Part shown: positions 60,902 through 62,033 of the stretch, one piece after another | Layout of the letters: every line of letters begins with the position of its first letter | How positions within the stretch are numbered: the stretch's first letter is position 1 | Program-made: the position numbers and the translations under genes | Assembly: GCA_016209145.1 (NCBI GenBank) | Contig: JACQWT010000051.1 | Coordinates: 1-62,033, forward strand | Reading direction: 5' to 3' | Source: Deltaproteobacteria bacterium | Lineage (GTDB): Bacteria; Myxococcota_A; Polyangia; Polyangiales; Polyangiaceae | DNA length: 62,033 nucleotides | The notes under the pieces: model-generated | Told to the model about the DNA's origin: nothing | The model's database searches: none | What the model saw: only the letters and a program-made list of their open reading frames with translations

Positions 60902-61350
60902 CAGATCCTCACTCGCGCCTTGGCGAATGTCCCGCGCACCTTCTCCTCGATCATCTCAGCAGCAACGGTGGTCCAGTCAAGCAGGTGCTCGCTCCACTGG
61001 GCTACGTAGGCCGCGGCCTGCGCCACCTCGAAGGCGTCGTGCCACTTGGCCTTGCCCTTGCCGAAGCCGCGCAGGTTCTCGAGGAGCTGCTTGCGCGGCA
61101 GATGCTCGGCTCCTGCCGTCGTGGCCGTCGGCACGTCCGTCTGCCAGACCTGGCCCGTCTGGCCGGCGAAGTACTCGGCCACCTCGACGGACTCGGTCGT
61201 CGACGTGAAGGGCGTGCTGCGCCCGGGACCGCCGAGGTAGAGGACATGCGCCACAAGGCTCGTGCGGGAGGTCGGATCGGGCACGGCCGGTCCGGCAGCA
61301 GCATCGCCGCGGTAGAGCGGGTCGCGCGTCGTCCAGGGCTTGCGCGCCAT
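60901..61350 (-). CDS. Hypothetical 149-aa protein (first gene of the pair) with a weak R-S-E-like residue pattern
   Basis: ATG 61350 within ORF 60901..61500. MARKPWTTRDPLYRGD...RSTPFTSTTESVEVAEYF...AQWSEHLLDW. No recognised family. Confidence 0.4.
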   Translation of the reverse strand: MARKPWTTRDPLYRGDAAAGPAVPDPTSRTSLVAHVLYLGGPGRSTPFTSTTESVEVAEYFAGQTGQVWQTDVPTATTAGAEHLPRKQLLENLRGFGKGKAKWHDAFEVAQAAAYVAQWSEHLLDWTTVAAEMIEEKVRGTFAKARVRI

Positions 61351-61542
61351 GACGAGCGTGAGAGTAGCACAAGGGGACGGCGGACGTGTTGGCGACGCGG
61401 TCTTGGCGTCGGCGCGCGCAGGCGTGACGTGGTCGCCCGCGCGCGGCCCCGCCAGGCCGCAGCCGACCGCCTTCCGGCATGGATCGGGCTTGGATTCCAT
61501 GCGAACGCCTCTGCGCCGCGCGAGCAGGCGGTGATAGCCTGG

Positions 61543-61667
61543 CCCTAGGAGTCTGTCGGAGAAAAAACTAAGTGCGCGGAATTATTAGGTTCCAGCGTCA
61601 GAGTAAAGTGAGCGATTTCGATAACTTGGACCATTTCGAGCACGCTTTCTCCGACACACTCCTAGGG
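61543..61667. repeat. 125-bp element: 22-bp near-perfect inverted repeats flanking an 81-bp low-GC core, ending 3 nt before an ATG
   Basis: CCCTAGGAGTCTGTCGGAGAAA at 61543-61564 versus TTTCTCCGACACACTCCTAGGG at 61646-61667 (21/22 complementary). Confidence 0.6.
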
Positions 61668-61670
61668 ACG

Positions 61671-62033
61671 ATGCTGGCGAACCGGCGCAGCCTGGTGGGT
61701 GCCCTGGCCGCCGCGCTCCTGCTTGCGGGGGGCGCGGAGTGCGGGGGCAGTGCCACCATCGACAGCGGCGGCGGGGCCGGCGCCGGCAATGGAGACGGAG
61801 GCGCGGCCGGCCACGGCGGCCACGGCGGCCACGGCGGCCACGGCGGCCACGGCGGCCACGGCGGCGCGGGCGGCGACGCCGGCTGCGGCCCGTGCGCGGC
61901 GGGATGGCAGTGCTGCAGCGGGCAGTGCGTGGACGCGGCGAGCGATCCGGCCAACTGCGGCGGCTGCGGCCAGGCCTGCGCGCCGGGCCGGCCCTGCACG
62001 CTCGGGCAGTGCGGGCCGGGGTGCATCGGCTGC
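61671..62033 (+). CDS. Partial (5' end) secreted Cys-rich repeat protein, paralogous to the repeat region of the 38138 gene
   Basis: It is missing from the ORF track, presumably because it runs off the window. MLANRRSLVGALAAALLLAGGAEC (lipobox), (GHG)6, then CCSGQCVDAASDPANCGGCGQACAPGRPCTLGQC. Confidence 0.55.
   Translation, partial: MLANRRSLVGALAAALLLAGGAECGGSATIDSGGGAGAGNGDGGAAGHGGHGGHGGHGGHGGHGGAGGDAGCGPCAAGWQCCSGQCVDAASDPANCGGCGQACAPGRPCTLGQCGPGCIGC
61809..61862 (+). repeat. Six tandem 9-bp repeats (GGCCACGGC, encoding Gly-His-Gly)
   Basis: Read directly from the sequence. Confidence 0.9.

Noticed and set aside
61598-62026. 142-aa minus-strand ORF at the window end.
   Set aside because: It is the antisense of a plus-strand partial gene that has a lipoprotein signal and Cys-rich repeats homologous to the 38138 protein. 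Its own translation is a Pro/Trp low-complexity string.

Overview
This is a ~70% GC chromosomal window with myxobacterial (Sorangiineae-like) hallmarks: MYXO-CTERM-type tails, an MXAN_2561/2562-like gene pair, five intact Ser/Thr kinases plus one kinase fragment, and four Uma2 endonuclease loci. No rRNA, tRNA or CRISPR array was found. Housekeeping genes are uvrA, an acyl-CoA dehydrogenase, a lytic transglycosylase, dprA, topA (apparent frameshift) and trmFO.

The accessory content is more notable:
- **Toxin-antitoxin modules.** At least seven are present or suspected: PIN plus a small ORF, DUF4258/MqsA-like, RHH-GNAT, MazEF, RelE plus antitoxin, XRE-ImmA plus a PIN-like protein, and an uncharacterised coupled pair.
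- **New MITE-like element.** A ~180-bp element with terminal inverted repeats and 6-bp target duplications occurs in three copies. Two copies precisely disrupt the toxin genes mazF and relE while leaving the antitoxins intact.
- **IS1380 and cargo.** An intact IS1380-type element (19-bp inverted repeats, 5-bp duplication GGTGC) lies next to the XRE-ImmA/PIN-like pair, between topA and trmFO.
- **Mosaic of gene fragments (33.2-35.6 kb).** It is assembled from a duplicated dipeptidase 3' end, a kinase 5' end and a Uma2 3' end, with a microhomology junction.
- **Repeat-bounded island (59.0-61.5 kb).** It is bounded by ~35-bp direct repeats and carries an IS256-type transposase remnant and a translationally coupled two-gene operon of unknown function.
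- **Unusual proteins.** These include a secreted protein with nine Cys-rich repeats fused to a fibrinogen-like module beside a double-DsbA protein, an Hsp70-like ATPase fused to an HPD-less J-like domain, and a kinase lacking its activation loop.

All calls come from reading the sequence and ORF track by eye. No searches were run.
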